This document shows, piece after piece, positions 19,401-29,266 of a DNA stretch of 64,000 nucleotides. Where the stretch lies: assembly GCA_018882895.1 (NCBI GenBank), contig VERF01000005.1:3378-67377 (forward strand), in the 5' to 3' direction. This stretch comes from Candidatus Kapaibacterium sp. (GTDB lineage: Bacteria > Bacteroidota > Ignavibacteria > Kapaibacteriales > Kapaibacteriaceae). The notes under the pieces are model-generated. The model did not search any database, was not told the DNA's origin, and worked only from the letters and a program-made list of their open reading frames with translations. A program made the position numbers and the translations under genes. Numbering within the stretch: the stretch's first letter is position 1; every line of letters begins with the position of its first letter.

Positions 19401-19511
19401 GGTTCGCATGAAATCCTCGTTCCCACCGCGGAATGTGAGTCTGGCCTGCACATTGTCCGGGTCTCAGCCGGTAATGTCCGTATCTCCAAGTCCATCGTCG
19501 TGGTGCGGTAA
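16416..19511 (+). CDS. SBBP beta-propeller repeat / Ig-like (I-set-like) surface protein with T9SS type-A CTD (paralogue A)
   Basis: 1031 aa. Signal-like MRKLQLLIAVTLLCLSAQT (start may be 16440 or 16455). GQWPSHVLF N-domain, many Y.GG.gdD...D..GN...G.T.S.dFP repeats, two KYQWRRAGQNIAGAT / AYQWSRNGSSIAGAT Ig-like units, and tail ...GLHIVRVSAGNVRISKSIVVVR. Confidence 0.85.
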   Translation: MKQTGRSTMSHIIMRKLQLLIAVTLLCLSAQTLPAGSQSTPATMIDGIIMNVGQWPSHVLFAHRSGGQNVWITKTGTEVDKFTIDRKRETRSGEVVVRRFVNPGPASELGIIDQVGTVSFFLGRGAASWYSAPVFRSVVIRHAAPGVHVEYSAGEKGLVQNVALDPGVDPSAAAMIIETSSSSSTPQAIVSPTSPIVYASYIGGPGDDHVVGIEYLTNGEVIIGGTTSAMNYPGTAGGYSTSLKGVTDGFLVRLDRKLQKVLSYTFYGGSGDDRITCMIKDKSNAIYITGETNSADLPVTSGASGQLYKSGIDAFIAKFDSSLTKLQISGYHGGNKDDKGVAIAVDQNGVIFLAGNTNSTTNLPVTFPVTITRRDWRGRTTTEPGGGSNQGQTDIFLAFFSVNGSMQQSRYFGRSGMEKVTAMCIDGSNNVFFTGSTTSPDFETSPTPGFFSSGRLPYDRTFNGGTTDAFVVKMNNELQLAKSDDGTYSTYFGGNKDEEGRGIFVDEIGRAQVVGVTNSTNLETIGTLVTQPVGDQDIFLAVLPDDGRNLTGATYFGGTGADDVRSVHYNPVSKLAVLSGSTQSGDFPVAGDGASNERIGTTDGFLTFMNTSTNVYTTLIGGTNADTIVSVSVDPAGDVYYVTSTDSDNMRLPDSAAQGAVGGLNAHVGKYAIGTVELTVPSGDEVWCAGGNRAISWAAQNMADSTKYSIEMAPAGSSNWTVLTRTALGRSFSWKVPNVPTGQYQLRITTARGHMSRLLTPFTISNPPAVKEQPKDASACLGGRVMLRVVAEGAGLKYQWRRAGQNIAGATQDSLVIPALDAAALGKYDCVISGTCTPNATTATVNVSTAVATAISRQPTGVSVDAGKPFTLSVAATGSNLAYQWSRNGSSIAGATAAEYTVGAASKNDEGEYTCRVDGGCGSVTSEKAIVAVSTTSVEEETIVGDTRLRLVGSHPVSDVATLRLDLSRGADVAVDLLDVSGRLVASMNVGNLPAGSHEILVPTAECESGLHIVRVSAGNVRISKSIVVVR

Positions 19512-19550
19512 CGCGTCATAATCAGCTCCGGCACACCGGGCAGTATTTCC

Positions 19551-19586
19551 GAGTCCCGTGATTTCGCATCACGGGACTCTTTTTTT
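19551..19586 (+). terminator. rho-independent terminator
   Basis: Perfect 12-bp stem GAGTCCCGTGAT / ATCACGGGACTC, a 5-nt loop, then TTTTTTT. Lies 40 nt after the stop of 16416..19511. Confidence 0.8.
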
Positions 19587-19667
19587 CGACCTGTAACGAC
19601 TTTGAAACTATTTTGTTCTTGATTTCGGCCAAGTCAGGCTGAAAATTTCCCATTAAAGGCGGATAAC

Positions 19668-22600
19668 ATGAACTCATCGGTTCGACGACTTCTTCAAACG
19701 CTAACATTCCTCCTGGTGATCGCCCCCTTCATGGCGAACGCCGGAACGGTCGATCTGGGGCGGACTGTTCCGGAGGGATTCATTCTCAACGCGGGCCAAT
19801 GGCCGGCTGAGGTTCTTGGCGTTGCCCGACAGAGCGGCTCCGAGGTGTGGATCACGCGAACCGGAGTGGTGCTGGATCAATACAGCATCTCAAAGGATGA
19901 TCAGCAGCGCAATGGTGTTGTTACACGGGAAGGCTTCCGGGAGATGCAGTCCCGCTTTGAACTGCGAACCGGCACCGTGGTTGGTCATGTCACGTTCGCA
20001 CGTGGCTCGGACCGCTCGCGCTGGGTATCGGCTCCGGTGGTGTCCAATCTCTGGCTTGTCGACTGTTATCCGAACGTGACGTTCGAGTACTCACGCTCGC
20101 AGGATGGGCGCGTCCGACGCGAGATCCTGGCGGCCCCGGGTGCCGATCTGGCAGCGATCAAGCTCGACGTTCTCGGTGGCGGGAAGAATGAAGTCGCCGA
20201 TGTCTCCGTGACCACGTCTACTGTCTATGGCACCTTCATCGGCGGCCCATCGGATGATGAACTTGCCGGTGTCGAATATCTTTCGAACGGCACCATTGTT
20301 GTGGCCGGAAACACAGCGGAGCTTTCGGCTCCCGGAGTGACAGGTGGCTACAGCTCATCAATGAAAGGGAGGATCGACGGATTCCTTGCGCGGTTCGACT
20401 CACGTCTGGAAAAGATGCTCTCCTACACCTACATCGGCGGCAGTGCCGAGGATCGAATCAGGGGGCTAACCAAGGACCGCCTGAACAATGTTTACGTCAC
20501 CGGTGAGACCATTTCGACTGATTTCCCGACCACCTCAGGAGTCACCGGGAAGCTTTACAAAGCCCTTAACGACGCCTTCGTTGCCAAGTTTGATTCAACG
20601 CTTACCAAGTTGATCGTCAGCTTCTACCACGGCGGTAACAAGGATGATGTTGCCCGTGCGATCAAGGTCGACCAGGACTTCAACATCTATATCGCCGGAT
20701 CCACCAATTCGACGACCAATTTCCCGGTGACATTCCCGGCGACCGTGAAGATCACCATTCCGGGAGGTTGGGGTAGGCCTCCTACGTATCGTGATATTCC
20801 CGGTGGAGGAGCAAATCAGGGCCAGATCGATGGTTTTGTTGCATCGTTCTCCCAGAACGGTTCGATGCTTCTTTCACGGTTTTTTGGTGGAACCGGCAAC
20901 GACGTTTTCACAGCGCTTGCTCTGGACAAGTCCAGCAGCGTGTACATGACCGGATATACCACATCATCGAACTTCGAGACCGCGCCGACGTCGGACCGAT
21001 TTGCCTCGGGTCGTAAGCCGGCCGACGAGTCATTTAATGGCGGCATAACAGATGCCTTCGTGGTCAAGCTCAGCAGGGAACTCACGCTCGCCAGCACCGA
21101 CGACGGCACCTACTCGACGTACTTCGGCGGCGACAATGATGAGGAAGGTCACGACATCGTGGTGGATGATCTTGGTCGCGCCTACATTGTCGGTTGGACG
21201 ACCTCGAACAATCTCCCTGCCGTCGGCACCCTCAACACGCAGCGCATCGGACAGAAGGATGTCTTCCTGGCCTTCTTTGCCGATGATGGTCGGGAACTTG
21301 CCGGCACAACGTACTATGGCGGAACGGGTGATGACGCGGCCTATGCCGTGGAGCTTATCTCCGGTACGACAGTCATGATGGCCGGTACGACCAATTCGGA
21401 GAACTTCCCGCTGACCGGTGAGGGTATCGTATCGACGCGCGCCGGTGACACGGATGGATTCCTGGCGACGATCAACACAGCCACGAACATCTATGCCACG
21501 CTGGTCGGCGGCAACGGTGTCGATACCATCAAGGGGCTATCGATCGATCCTCTTGGAAGTCCATACTACATCGCCTCGACCAATTCGGCCAATCTGCTTA
21601 CGTATCCGAAGTCGGCCTCGACAGAGCTCGCCGGCATGCACGGCTATGTGGCAAAGCATGCGTTCGGAGTAGTTGAAGTAACTGCGCCGATAGGGGGCGA
21701 AACATATTGCGTCGGCATCAGCAAGCCGATCTCGTGGTCGGCCCTCGGTTTCGCCGATACGTCACGCTTCCAGATCCAATACTCTGCCTATGGATCGAAC
21801 GTGTGGAACGATGTCGCCAAGAACGTAAGCGGCCGGAGCTACCTCTGGAAAGTGCCGGCGCTGCCCACAGGACAGTACGTGGTGCGCGTCACAACCATCC
21901 AGGGTCACCTGAGCGAACTTCTCACTCCGTTCACGATATCAAGTCCACCATCGATCGTCAAGCAGCCTGTGGACGTATCCGCCTGTGGCGGCAAGTCTGC
22001 AACACTCTCGATAACGGCCGGTGGGGCGGGTCTGAAGTATCAATGGCGCAAGGCGGGCGTGAACGTTCCGGGTGCCACCAATGCCACCTACACCATTGCC
22101 GCTGTTGATGCCAGCAGTGTGGGCAAGTATGACTGTTTGATCTCAGGCACATGCACGCCGAGCGTCACCTCCGCCTTGGCATCGGTCTCGTTCGGAACAC
22201 CAACGGAGATCACCCGCCAGCCTGCCGGTATGACCGTTGACGAGGGCAAGCCGTTCACACTCTCGGTTGCTGCCACGGGGTCGACACTTTCATACCAATG
22301 GAGCAAGAGCGGCGTCGAGATCGCCGGTGCAACTACCGCCGAGTACACCGTTTCTGCCGCAACCAAGGCCAATGAAGGACAATACACCTGTGCCGTGACC
22401 GGAGGTTGCGGAACGGTCACGAGTTCCGCAGCAACTGTTGTGGTGATGGGCGGAACGTCGGTCGATGAAGAACTGTCAGGTTCGTCAATCCTGCGCGTGG
22501 TTGGTCCGGTCCCCGCCGACGCCGACGTCACGGTGCGGTTCTCTCTGGATGCGATCCCGAGTGCCGCCGCCCGTTTGTCGATCGTAGATCTGAACGGCAA

Positions 22601-22745
22601 CAGGCTCGCAGCTCAAGCTGTTCAGTCATCCACCGGATCCTTCGATGCGCGCCTGGCCACGAACATGCTCGCTGCCGGGATGTACTTCATCGAGTATACT
22701 GATGGGGCTATTGCGGCACGCAGTAGACTGGTGATCGCCCGCTGA
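19668..22745 (+). CDS. SBBP beta-propeller repeat / Ig-like surface protein with T9SS type-A CTD (paralogue B)
   Basis: 1025 aa, collinear with 16416..19511 (GQWPAEVLG..., [30 protein letters not shown], tail ...[22 protein letters not shown]). Signal peptide [18 protein letters not shown]. Confidence 0.85.
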   Translation: MNSSVRRLLQTLTFLLVIAPFMANAGTVDLGRTVPEGFILNAGQWPAEVLGVARQSGSEVWITRTGVVLDQYSISKDDQQRNGVVTREGFREMQSRFELRTGTVVGHVTFARGSDRSRWVSAPVVSNLWLVDCYPNVTFEYSRSQDGRVRREILAAPGADLAAIKLDVLGGGKNEVADVSVTTSTVYGTFIGGPSDDELAGVEYLSNGTIVVAGNTAELSAPGVTGGYSSSMKGRIDGFLARFDSRLEKMLSYTYIGGSAEDRIRGLTKDRLNNVYVTGETISTDFPTTSGVTGKLYKALNDAFVAKFDSTLTKLIVSFYHGGNKDDVARAIKVDQDFNIYIAGSTNSTTNFPVTFPATVKITIPGGWGRPPTYRDIPGGGANQGQIDGFVASFSQNGSMLLSRFFGGTGNDVFTALALDKSSSVYMTGYTTSSNFETAPTSDRFASGRKPADESFNGGITDAFVVKLSRELTLASTDDGTYSTYFGGDNDEEGHDIVVDDLGRAYIVGWTTSNNLPAVGTLNTQRIGQKDVFLAFFADDGRELAGTTYYGGTGDDAAYAVELISGTTVMMAGTTNSENFPLTGEGIVSTRAGDTDGFLATINTATNIYATLVGGNGVDTIKGLSIDPLGSPYYIASTNSANLLTYPKSASTELAGMHGYVAKHAFGVVEVTAPIGGETYCVGISKPISWSALGFADTSRFQIQYSAYGSNVWNDVAKNVSGRSYLWKVPALPTGQYVVRVTTIQGHLSELLTPFTISSPPSIVKQPVDVSACGGKSATLSITAGGAGLKYQWRKAGVNVPGATNATYTIAAVDASSVGKYDCLISGTCTPSVTSALASVSFGTPTEITRQPAGMTVDEGKPFTLSVAATGSTLSYQWSKSGVEIAGATTAEYTVSAATKANEGQYTCAVTGGCGTVTSSAATVVVMGGTSVDEELSGSSILRVVGPVPADADVTVRFSLDAIPSAAARLSIVDLNGNRLAAQAVQSSTGSFDARLATNMLAAGMYFIEYTDGAIAARSRLVIAR

Positions 22746-22786
22746 TAGTAGCACTTCTCATGTTTCCCGGTTGACCGGGAACCAAG

Positions 22787-22825
22787 CGCCCCTTTCGCCT
22801 GTTTCAGCGCGCGGAAGGGGCGTTT
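22787..22825 (+). terminator. possible terminator hairpin after paralogue B
   Basis: 8-bp stem CGCCCCTT / AAGGGGCG with a 20-nt loop followed by TTT. A second small hairpin TTCCCGG-ttga-CCGGGAA lies at 22764..22781. The U-tract is weak. Confidence 0.35.
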
Positions 22826-22856
22826 CGCATAGGGCGTCCGTTGTTCTGCACCAAAC

Positions 22857-22875
22857 TAGGACTAATTTAGTCGTA
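22857..22875. promoter_or_regulatory. palindromic candidate operator (core GACTAA-T-TTAGTC) upstream of sufB
   Basis: Perfect 6-1-6 inverted repeat at 22860..22872, extendable to 19 bp with one mismatched pair. It abuts the -7 motif. An Rrf2 regulator is encoded in the same operon. Confidence 0.35.
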
Positions 22876-22881
22876 TATTTG
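22874..22881 (+). promoter_or_regulatory. candidate -7 promoter element TATATTTG, 6 nt before the sufB ATG
   Basis: Exact TAnnTTTG match. The spacing implies a leaderless or near-leaderless sufB mRNA. Confidence 0.4.
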
Positions 22882-22887
22882 ACGCCT

Positions 22888-24330
22888 ATGGACCAGCAAA
22901 CAGTACTCGACGAAGTCGTCTCAAGTGAATACAAGTACGGATTCACGTCTAACATTGAGCAGGAACTCCTGCCGAAGGGGCTCAACCACGACGTCATCCG
23001 CTTCATCTCCGCCAAGAAGAACGAGCCGGAATGGATGCTCGAGTGGCGGCTAAAGGCCTATGAGCAGTGGCTGACCATGAAAGAGCCGACGTGGCCGAAT
23101 GTGGACTACCCGCCGGTGGATTTTCAGGACATCATCTACTGGGCGGCACCAAAGAAGAAGCCGGAACTGAACTCTCTCGACGAAGTCGACCCGGAGATCC
23201 TGGCCACGTTCGAAAAGCTCGGCATTCCGCTGGAGGAGCAGAAAGTGCTTGCCGGCGTCGCCGTTGACGTGGTGCTCGACTCGGTGAGCGTCAAGACGAC
23301 TTTCCAGGAAAAGCTCGCAGAACTGGGCATCATCTTCTGTCCGATCAGCGAAGCACTTGAGACGCATCCCGAGCTGGTTCGCAAGTACATCGGCACCGTA
23401 GTGCCGACAAACGACAACTTCTACTCGGCATTGAACAGTGCCGTCTTCAGTGACGGCTCCTTCGTGTACATCCCCAAGGGTGTGCGATGCCCGATCGAAT
23501 TGAGCACCTACTTCCGTATCAACGCCCGCAACACGGGTCAGTTCGAGCGCACACTCATCATTGCCGACGAGGGAAGCTACGTGAGCTACCTCGAAGGGTG
23601 CACAGCACCGCAGCGTGACGAGAATCAGCTCCATGCCGCAGTGGTGGAACTCATCGCACATGACCGTGCCGAGATCAAATACTCGACCGTGCAGAACTGG
23701 TTCCCGGGTGATAAGGACGGCAAGGGTGGCATCTACAACTTCGTCACCAAGCGCGGCATCTGCGCAGGGGTCGACAGTAAGATCTCCTGGACGCAGGTAG
23801 AGACCGGATCGGCCATCACGTGGAAGTATCCGAGCGTCATCCTCAAGGGAGACAATTCGATCGGCGAGTTCTACTCCGTGGCCGTGACCAATAACAAGCA
23901 GCAGGCCGATACCGGAACCAAGATGATCCACATCGGTCGCAACACACGCTCTCGGATCGTCTCCAAGGGCATCTCGGCCGGCGTGTCGCAGAATTCCTAC
24001 CGCGGACTTGTCAAGGTTCTGCCGGTGGCGCAAGGGGCGCGCAATTTCTCGCAATGCGACTCGCTGCTCATTGGCGACGCGTGCGGAGCGCACACCTTCC
24101 CATATCTCGAGGTAGCCAACAGCAGTGCCATCGTTGAGCATGAGGCAACGACGTCGAAGATCGGCGAGGACATGCTTTTCTACTGCAATCAACGCGGGAT
24201 CGATACCGAAGCTGCCGTAGCGCTGATCGTCAACGGATACGCCCGCGAGGTTCTCAATCAGCTTCCGATGGAGTTCGCCGTCGAAGCACAAAAACTACTT
24301 GCCATTTCACTCGAAGGAAGCGTCGGATGA
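22888..24330 (+). CDS. sufB: Fe-S cluster assembly scaffold SufB
   Basis: Track ORF 22771..24330. Met40 (ATG 22888) gives [26 protein letters not shown], a typical SufB start. 480 aa with conserved SufB sequence throughout. Confidence 0.95.
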   Translation: MDQQTVLDEVVSSEYKYGFTSNIEQELLPKGLNHDVIRFISAKKNEPEWMLEWRLKAYEQWLTMKEPTWPNVDYPPVDFQDIIYWAAPKKKPELNSLDEVDPEILATFEKLGIPLEEQKVLAGVAVDVVLDSVSVKTTFQEKLAELGIIFCPISEALETHPELVRKYIGTVVPTNDNFYSALNSAVFSDGSFVYIPKGVRCPIELSTYFRINARNTGQFERTLIIADEGSYVSYLEGCTAPQRDENQLHAAVVELIAHDRAEIKYSTVQNWFPGDKDGKGGIYNFVTKRGICAGVDSKISWTQVETGSAITWKYPSVILKGDNSIGEFYSVAVTNNKQQADTGTKMIHIGRNTRSRIVSKGISAGVSQNSYRGLVKVLPVAQGARNFSQCDSLLIGDACGAHTFPYLEVANSSAIVEHEATTSKIGEDMLFYCNQRGIDTEAAVALIVNGYAREVLNQLPMEFAVEAQKLLAISLEGSVG

Positions 24331-25094
24331 CACCACTGTTGCAGATCACCAACCTCCGTGCATCGATCGATGATCGAGAGATCCTCAAAGGGATCGATCT
24401 GACCGTTAACCCGGGCGAAGTTCATGCCATCATGGGACCTAACGGGTCCGGCAAGTCGACGCTTGCCTCTGTCCTAGCAGGCAGGGAAGACTACACCGTC
24501 ACCGGCGGATCGGTTCTCTTTCAGGGCAAAGAACTCCTGGAGCTCTCTCCCGAAGAGCGCTCCCGTGAAGGCCTGTTTCTGGCCTTCCAGTACCCGGTTG
24601 AGATCCCCGGTGTGTCGACTGCCAACTTCGTAAAGACCGCCGTCAACGAAGTGCGCAAGCACCGTGGTGAAGAGCCCCTTGAACCGGCGGCATTCCTGGC
24701 CCTTATGCGTGAGCGCATGGCCCTGGTAGAGATGGACCCATCGTTCCTGCAGCGTTCGCTCAATGAAGGGTTTTCAGGGGGCGAGAAAAAGCGCAATGAG
24801 ATATTCCAGATGGCAATGCTCGATCCGGTGGTTGCGGTGCTTGACGAGACCGACTCTGGTCTGGACATCGACGCACTGCGCATCGTTGCCTCGGGCGTGA
24901 ACGCCCTACGGCGTCCGAACAATGCAACCGTTGTTATCACGCACTACCAGCGTCTGCTGGATCATATCGTGCCCGACTTCGTGCACGTGCTGTGGAACGG
25001 TCGCATTGTGCGCTCGGGAGACAAGTCGCTTGCGCTGGAGCTTGAGCAACGCGGCTATGACTGGCTCAAGCAGGAAGCGTCGGTGGAGGCCTAA
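24327..25094 (+). CDS. sufC: Fe-S cluster assembly ATPase SufC
   Basis: Walker [21 protein letters not shown], Walker [13 protein letters not shown]-loop ITHY. ATGA overlap with sufB. Confidence 0.95.
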   Translation: MTPLLQITNLRASIDDREILKGIDLTVNPGEVHAIMGPNGSGKSTLASVLAGREDYTVTGGSVLFQGKELLELSPEERSREGLFLAFQYPVEIPGVSTANFVKTAVNEVRKHRGEEPLEPAAFLALMRERMALVEMDPSFLQRSLNEGFSGGEKKRNEIFQMAMLDPVVAVLDETDSGLDIDALRIVASGVNALRRPNNATVVITHYQRLLDHIVPDFVHVLWNGRIVRSGDKSLALELEQRGYDWLKQEASVEA

Positions 25095-26435
25095 ATGTCT
25101 CAGCACGCGCTAGTCGAACTTGTACAGAACCTTGTTCCGGCACATGCCGGTGGCGACGTCTCAATGGGTGGGCATGGGCGTTTGAGTGCCCTGCGACAAG
25201 ACGGGCTCAGGGAGTTTGTCCGCATGGGCATCCCGACGACGCGTCACGAGGAGTGGAAGTACACCAACGTTTTCCCGTTCATCGGTCTTGACTACTCGTA
25301 TGCGCCAATGCGCTGGGATGCGAGCTCAGCCTCTGCTCCCGCAGTGGTCTCAGCCGCAGAAGTGCGTGACGCACTCGGTCAACACATCAGCATACGCGTC
25401 CTCAATGGCATCGTGAGCGTTGATGCACCGCAGCTGCCGGCCGGCCTTGAAGTGATCGAGCTGACGCCGGAGCTGGTCGAATCAGATGCTGGCGTAGCCG
25501 CGGCACTCAGTGCCGGTGCTCCGATGCATGCGAACCCTTTTGTTGCTCTTAACACGGCACTGCTCGAGAGCGGTATCGTCATCCGTCTTGCCAAGGGTCT
25601 TGCGCTGGAGCTACCGATCCATGTTTCGATCGAGACCACTTCGGGTCAGCAGCCGATGCTTGTCGCCCCGCGCATCCTTGTCATTGCTCATGAAGGTGCC
25701 GAGGCCGACATCATCCAATCACATCATGCTTCCGGACCATCCATAGTTTTGGATGCCACCGTTGTGGAGTTTTCGGTCGCAGCTGCAGCCAACGTACGCT
25801 ATCATAAGATTGCCGATGATTCTGAGTCGGCCCGCTCGATCTCATCCGTCACGGCTGATGTGCATCGAGACGCATCGTTCACATCTCATGCGCTAAGCGT
25901 TGGTGGACGTTTTGTCCGCAATGACCTGGCCGTGCGTCTGTGCGAACCGTCAAGTCAGGGCTTCCTCTACGGTGTGAGCCTATTGGCAGAGAACGAGTAC
26001 ACAGATAACCACACGGTGGTCGACCACATGCTGCCGCACTGTCATAGCGAAGAGCTCTACAAAGGCATCTATGACGGAACATCATCGGGCGTCTTCAACG
26101 GCAAGATCTATGTGCGCCCGCAGGCGCAGAAGACCACTGCCTATCAATCAAATCACACACTGCTACTGAGCCCAAAGGCTCAGGTGCAGGCAAAGCCGCA
26201 GCTTGAGATCTGGGCCGACGACGTCAAGTGTTCGCATGGGGCAACGATGGGCCAGGTCAACGATGAGGCAATCTTCTACTTCCGCTCGCGTGGCATCGAC
26301 AAGGACATGGCCAAGGCACTTCTTACATACGCCTTCATTACGGAGGTCGTCGAGAAGATCACGCTTGATGGTCTGCGCGAATTGCTCACGCATAGGATTG
26401 CTCGCAAACTTTCTGCCGAGTCACTTCTGTTTTGA
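25095..26435 (+). CDS. sufD: Fe-S cluster assembly protein SufD
   Basis: 446 aa, positioned between sufC and sufS, with a conserved SufB/D C-terminal beta-helix region (QLEIWADDVKCSHGATMGQ). Confidence 0.9.
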   Translation: MSQHALVELVQNLVPAHAGGDVSMGGHGRLSALRQDGLREFVRMGIPTTRHEEWKYTNVFPFIGLDYSYAPMRWDASSASAPAVVSAAEVRDALGQHISIRVLNGIVSVDAPQLPAGLEVIELTPELVESDAGVAAALSAGAPMHANPFVALNTALLESGIVIRLAKGLALELPIHVSIETTSGQQPMLVAPRILVIAHEGAEADIIQSHHASGPSIVLDATVVEFSVAAAANVRYHKIADDSESARSISSVTADVHRDASFTSHALSVGGRFVRNDLAVRLCEPSSQGFLYGVSLLAENEYTDNHTVVDHMLPHCHSEELYKGIYDGTSSGVFNGKIYVRPQAQKTTAYQSNHTLLLSPKAQVQAKPQLEIWADDVKCSHGATMGQVNDEAIFYFRSRGIDKDMAKALLTYAFITEVVEKITLDGLRELLTHRIARKLSAESLLF

Positions 26436-27682
26436 TGCACCGCGTGGAACCATCAGCCCCCTTGCTTGATGTCGCAGCGCTGCGAACGGAGTTCCCGATT
26501 CTCCATCGCACGGTGCATGGCGGCAAGCCACTGGTGTATCTCGACAATGCAGCCACGACGCAGAAGCCGAACGTTGTCATCGATACGATCGCTGACTTCT
26601 ATCGGAATCATAATGCCAATGCGCACCGTGCCGGACATGTTCTAGGTTCGGAGGTGACGACGATGTTTGAATCGGCACGACGTCGCGTTGCCGAGAGCAT
26701 CGGTGCATCGGCCGAGGAGATCGTGTTCACGCGCGGTACCACTGAGTCTTTGAATCTGCTGGCAGCAACCATGTCAGGCCGCTTCGAAAGGGGCCACCGT
26801 CGCAACATCGTCATCTCCGAGATGGAGCACCACGCCAACATCGTTCCGTGGCAGATGGTGCGCGACCGAACAGGCGCAGAGATCCGAGTGATTCCTGTCG
26901 ATGATCACGGCCTTCTCGACATGCAGGTCGCAGAGCAGATCATCGACGATTCGACGGCCATCGTCTCGATCGTACATGTTTCGAACACGCTCGGCACGGC
27001 CAACGATGTCCACCGCCTTTCGGCCATGGCCCATGGCGTGGGCGCAGAGTTCATCGTTGATGCGGCCCAGAGCATCTCCGGAATGAACATCGACGTCAAC
27101 GAGATCGGTTGTGATGCACTGGTGTTCTCGGCCCACAAGGTCTATGGACCAATGGGCATTGGAGTGGCATTCATTCGAGGCCGTCTGATGGAATCGCTTC
27201 CGCCGTATCAGGGTGGGGGATCGATGATCACGTCGGTCACATTCGACAAGACAACCTATGCCGAGGGTCCGCTGCGCTTTGAGGCCGGAACGCCCAACAT
27301 TGAAGGGGCTATTGGCCTTGCCGCGGCACTCTCGTGGCGTGATTCGCTCGACATGTCTTCTGTCATCGCGCACAAGCATGCACTGACGTTGAGTTTGACC
27401 TCCGGTCTGGCATCTCGCGAGGGCATCAGACTGCATGGCACTCATCAGGGTCATTCCGGCATCGTGAGTTTCAGCGTCGACGGTGTGCACTCGCAGGACC
27501 TCGGCCTGATGCTCGATGCGCATGGCGTTGCCGTTCGCACTGGTCATCACTGCACCATGCCACTCACGGCGCGCTTCTCAACATCCGGAAGCGTACGCGT
27601 CTCGGCAGCGGTTTACACGAGCACGGACGAGGTCGATTTCTTCTTCTCCGCACTGGATCGTGCGTTAACCGTACTGCGCTGA
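26435..27682 (+). CDS. sufS: cysteine desulfurase SufS (group II)
   Basis: The first ATG overlaps the sufD stop (TGATG). LDNAATTQKP, PLP-Lys region FSAHKVYGPMGIG, and active-site RTGHHC. Confidence 0.93.
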   Translation: MHRVEPSAPLLDVAALRTEFPILHRTVHGGKPLVYLDNAATTQKPNVVIDTIADFYRNHNANAHRAGHVLGSEVTTMFESARRRVAESIGASAEEIVFTRGTTESLNLLAATMSGRFERGHRRNIVISEMEHHANIVPWQMVRDRTGAEIRVIPVDDHGLLDMQVAEQIIDDSTAIVSIVHVSNTLGTANDVHRLSAMAHGVGAEFIVDAAQSISGMNIDVNEIGCDALVFSAHKVYGPMGIGVAFIRGRLMESLPPYQGGGSMITSVTFDKTTYAEGPLRFEAGTPNIEGAIGLAAALSWRDSLDMSSVIAHKHALTLSLTSGLASREGIRLHGTHQGHSGIVSFSVDGVHSQDLGLMLDAHGVAVRTGHHCTMPLTARFSTSGSVRVSAAVYTSTDEVDFFFSALDRALTVLR

Positions 27683-27683
27683 C

Positions 27684-28121
27684 ATGCAAAGCACCAAGAC
27701 CATATCGGAGCTGACCGACGAGATCGGAGCAATGCTAGAGGCTTTGCCCGATTGGGAGGAGCGCTTCGGAGCGATCATGGCGATGGGCAAAGAGCTCGCC
27801 CCCTACCCTGAGGAGTTTCGACGGGAGGACTTCATCGTCAAGGGATGCCAATCTCAGGTGTGGCTCTACCCGCAGCTGGCAGATGGCAGGATCCACTTCA
27901 GTGCCGACAGTGATGCTCTCATTGTCAAGGGGCTTGTGGCGCTTGTGGTTCGCATCATGCAGGATCGTACGCCGCAGGAGATCCTTGCCGCGCCAAAGGA
28001 CATTGCCGAGCGTCTCGGGCTCGTGCAACACCTATCACAGAACAGGTCGAGCGGTCTTGCCAGCATGCTCAAGCAGATCCGTCTCTATGCCGTTGCATTC
28101 AGTATGAGGACGTCATCATGA
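27684..28121 (+). CDS. sufE: sulfur acceptor SufE
   Basis: 145 aa with the conserved KGCQSQVW persulfide-acceptor motif. Confidence 0.9.
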   Translation: MQSTKTISELTDEIGAMLEALPDWEERFGAIMAMGKELAPYPEEFRREDFIVKGCQSQVWLYPQLADGRIHFSADSDALIVKGLVALVVRIMQDRTPQEILAAPKDIAERLGLVQHLSQNRSSGLASMLKQIRLYAVAFSMRTSS

Positions 28122-28474
28122 TCGATGAACCAACAGCTGCAGCCCTGCAGGAGTCGACATCGGCGCACGAGCCAAATCTGCGCGACAAGGTGATCGATGC
28201 CATCAAGACCATCTACGATCCTGAGATCCCGATCAACATCTATGAGCTCGGGCTGATCTACGAAGTAAGAATCGAAGACAAGACCAACGTTCATATCACT
28301 ATGACGCTGACGACGCCGAACTGTCCATCGGCGCAGTCCCTGCCGCGCGAAGTTGAACAGGCAGCCCGCGGTGTAGAGGGCGTAGAGTCTGTGAATCTTG
28401 AATTGACCTTTGATCCACCGTGGGACAAGACCATGATGAGCGAGGCGGCACTCTTTTCCATCGGCCTGTACTGA
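28118..28474 (+). CDS. DUF59 (SufT/PaaD-like) Fe-S assembly protein
   Basis: 118 aa. IYDPEIPINIYELGLIY and LTTPNCPSAQSL motifs. ATGA overlap with sufE. Confidence 0.85.
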   Translation: MIDEPTAAALQESTSAHEPNLRDKVIDAIKTIYDPEIPINIYELGLIYEVRIEDKTNVHITMTLTTPNCPSAQSLPREVEQAARGVEGVESVNLELTFDPPWDKTMMSEAALFSIGLY

Positions 28475-28477
28475 AGC

Positions 28478-29263
28478 ATGGCAAAGACATTCCATAGCCT
28501 GCAGGTTGAGCGCGCGTGGGACACCACGCCACGCGCCCGTGTTGCTCAGCTCCGTGTGCCGGAGAACCTGCAAGACGTGTTTGCTTATCGCGCCGGTCAG
28601 TACGTGATGCTCCGCGTCATTATCGATGGTGTTGAGCAGGATCATGCTTTTTCTCTCTGCTCCAGTCCGGAGGCGGGTCAGCCCCTTACCATCGCCGTAA
28701 AGCGCACGGACACATCACTGGTGGCTGCCCATATTCAGTCGCTCCTTCAGCCGGGATCGATGCTGCTGGTGAGACCGCCGACGGGAGCGTTCACCTTCGA
28801 GCTTTCGTCGGAGCAGCAGAGAAGTTTCGTGCTGTTTGCCGGCGGCAGTGGTATCACGCCGCTGCTGTCAATCGCCACGTCGGTGCTGTACGCGGAGCCG
28901 CTCAGCAAGGTTCGGCTGATCTTTGCGAATGTATCGGCGGCTGACACCATGTTTGCTCATGAGCTGCGACAGCTAAAGGAAAAGTATGCTGAGCGTTTGC
29001 AGGTTAGTTTCGCGCTTGAAGATGCTTCAGATGCAGCTCTTGCCGACATCGGAGAAATTCGACCCGGACGCCTTGCTGCCGGTGACATCGTTGAGTGCGC
29101 CGAGCAGGTGCGTGCAATTGATGGGTCAGCTGAGTATGCCATCTGCGGGCCTCCGGGATTCATCGATCTGGTCAGCTCTTCACTGAGTATGATTGGGGTT
29201 GCGTCCGAACACATTCACATTGAGTCATTTTCGTCATCACCTCGCCAGGCAACAACACCGTAA
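28478..29263 (+). CDS. PaaE-like ferredoxin-NAD(P)H reductase, FAD/NAD domains only
   Basis: TFHSLQVERA and YRAGQYVMLRV at the N-terminus, NAD(P) motif FAGGSGITPLLS, YAICGPPGF, HIHIESF. Collinear with my recollection of E. coli PaaE up to the linker. Ends at TAA 29261..29263, in the same frame as the next ORF. Confidence 0.85.
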   Translation: MAKTFHSLQVERAWDTTPRARVAQLRVPENLQDVFAYRAGQYVMLRVIIDGVEQDHAFSLCSSPEAGQPLTIAVKRTDTSLVAAHIQSLLQPGSMLLVRPPTGAFTFELSSEQQRSFVLFAGGSGITPLLSIATSVLYAEPLSKVRLIFANVSAADTMFAHELRQLKEKYAERLQVSFALEDASDAALADIGEIRPGRLAAGDIVECAEQVRAIDGSAEYAICGPPGFIDLVSSSLSMIGVASEHIHIESFSSSPRQATTP

Positions 29264-29266
29264 CTG

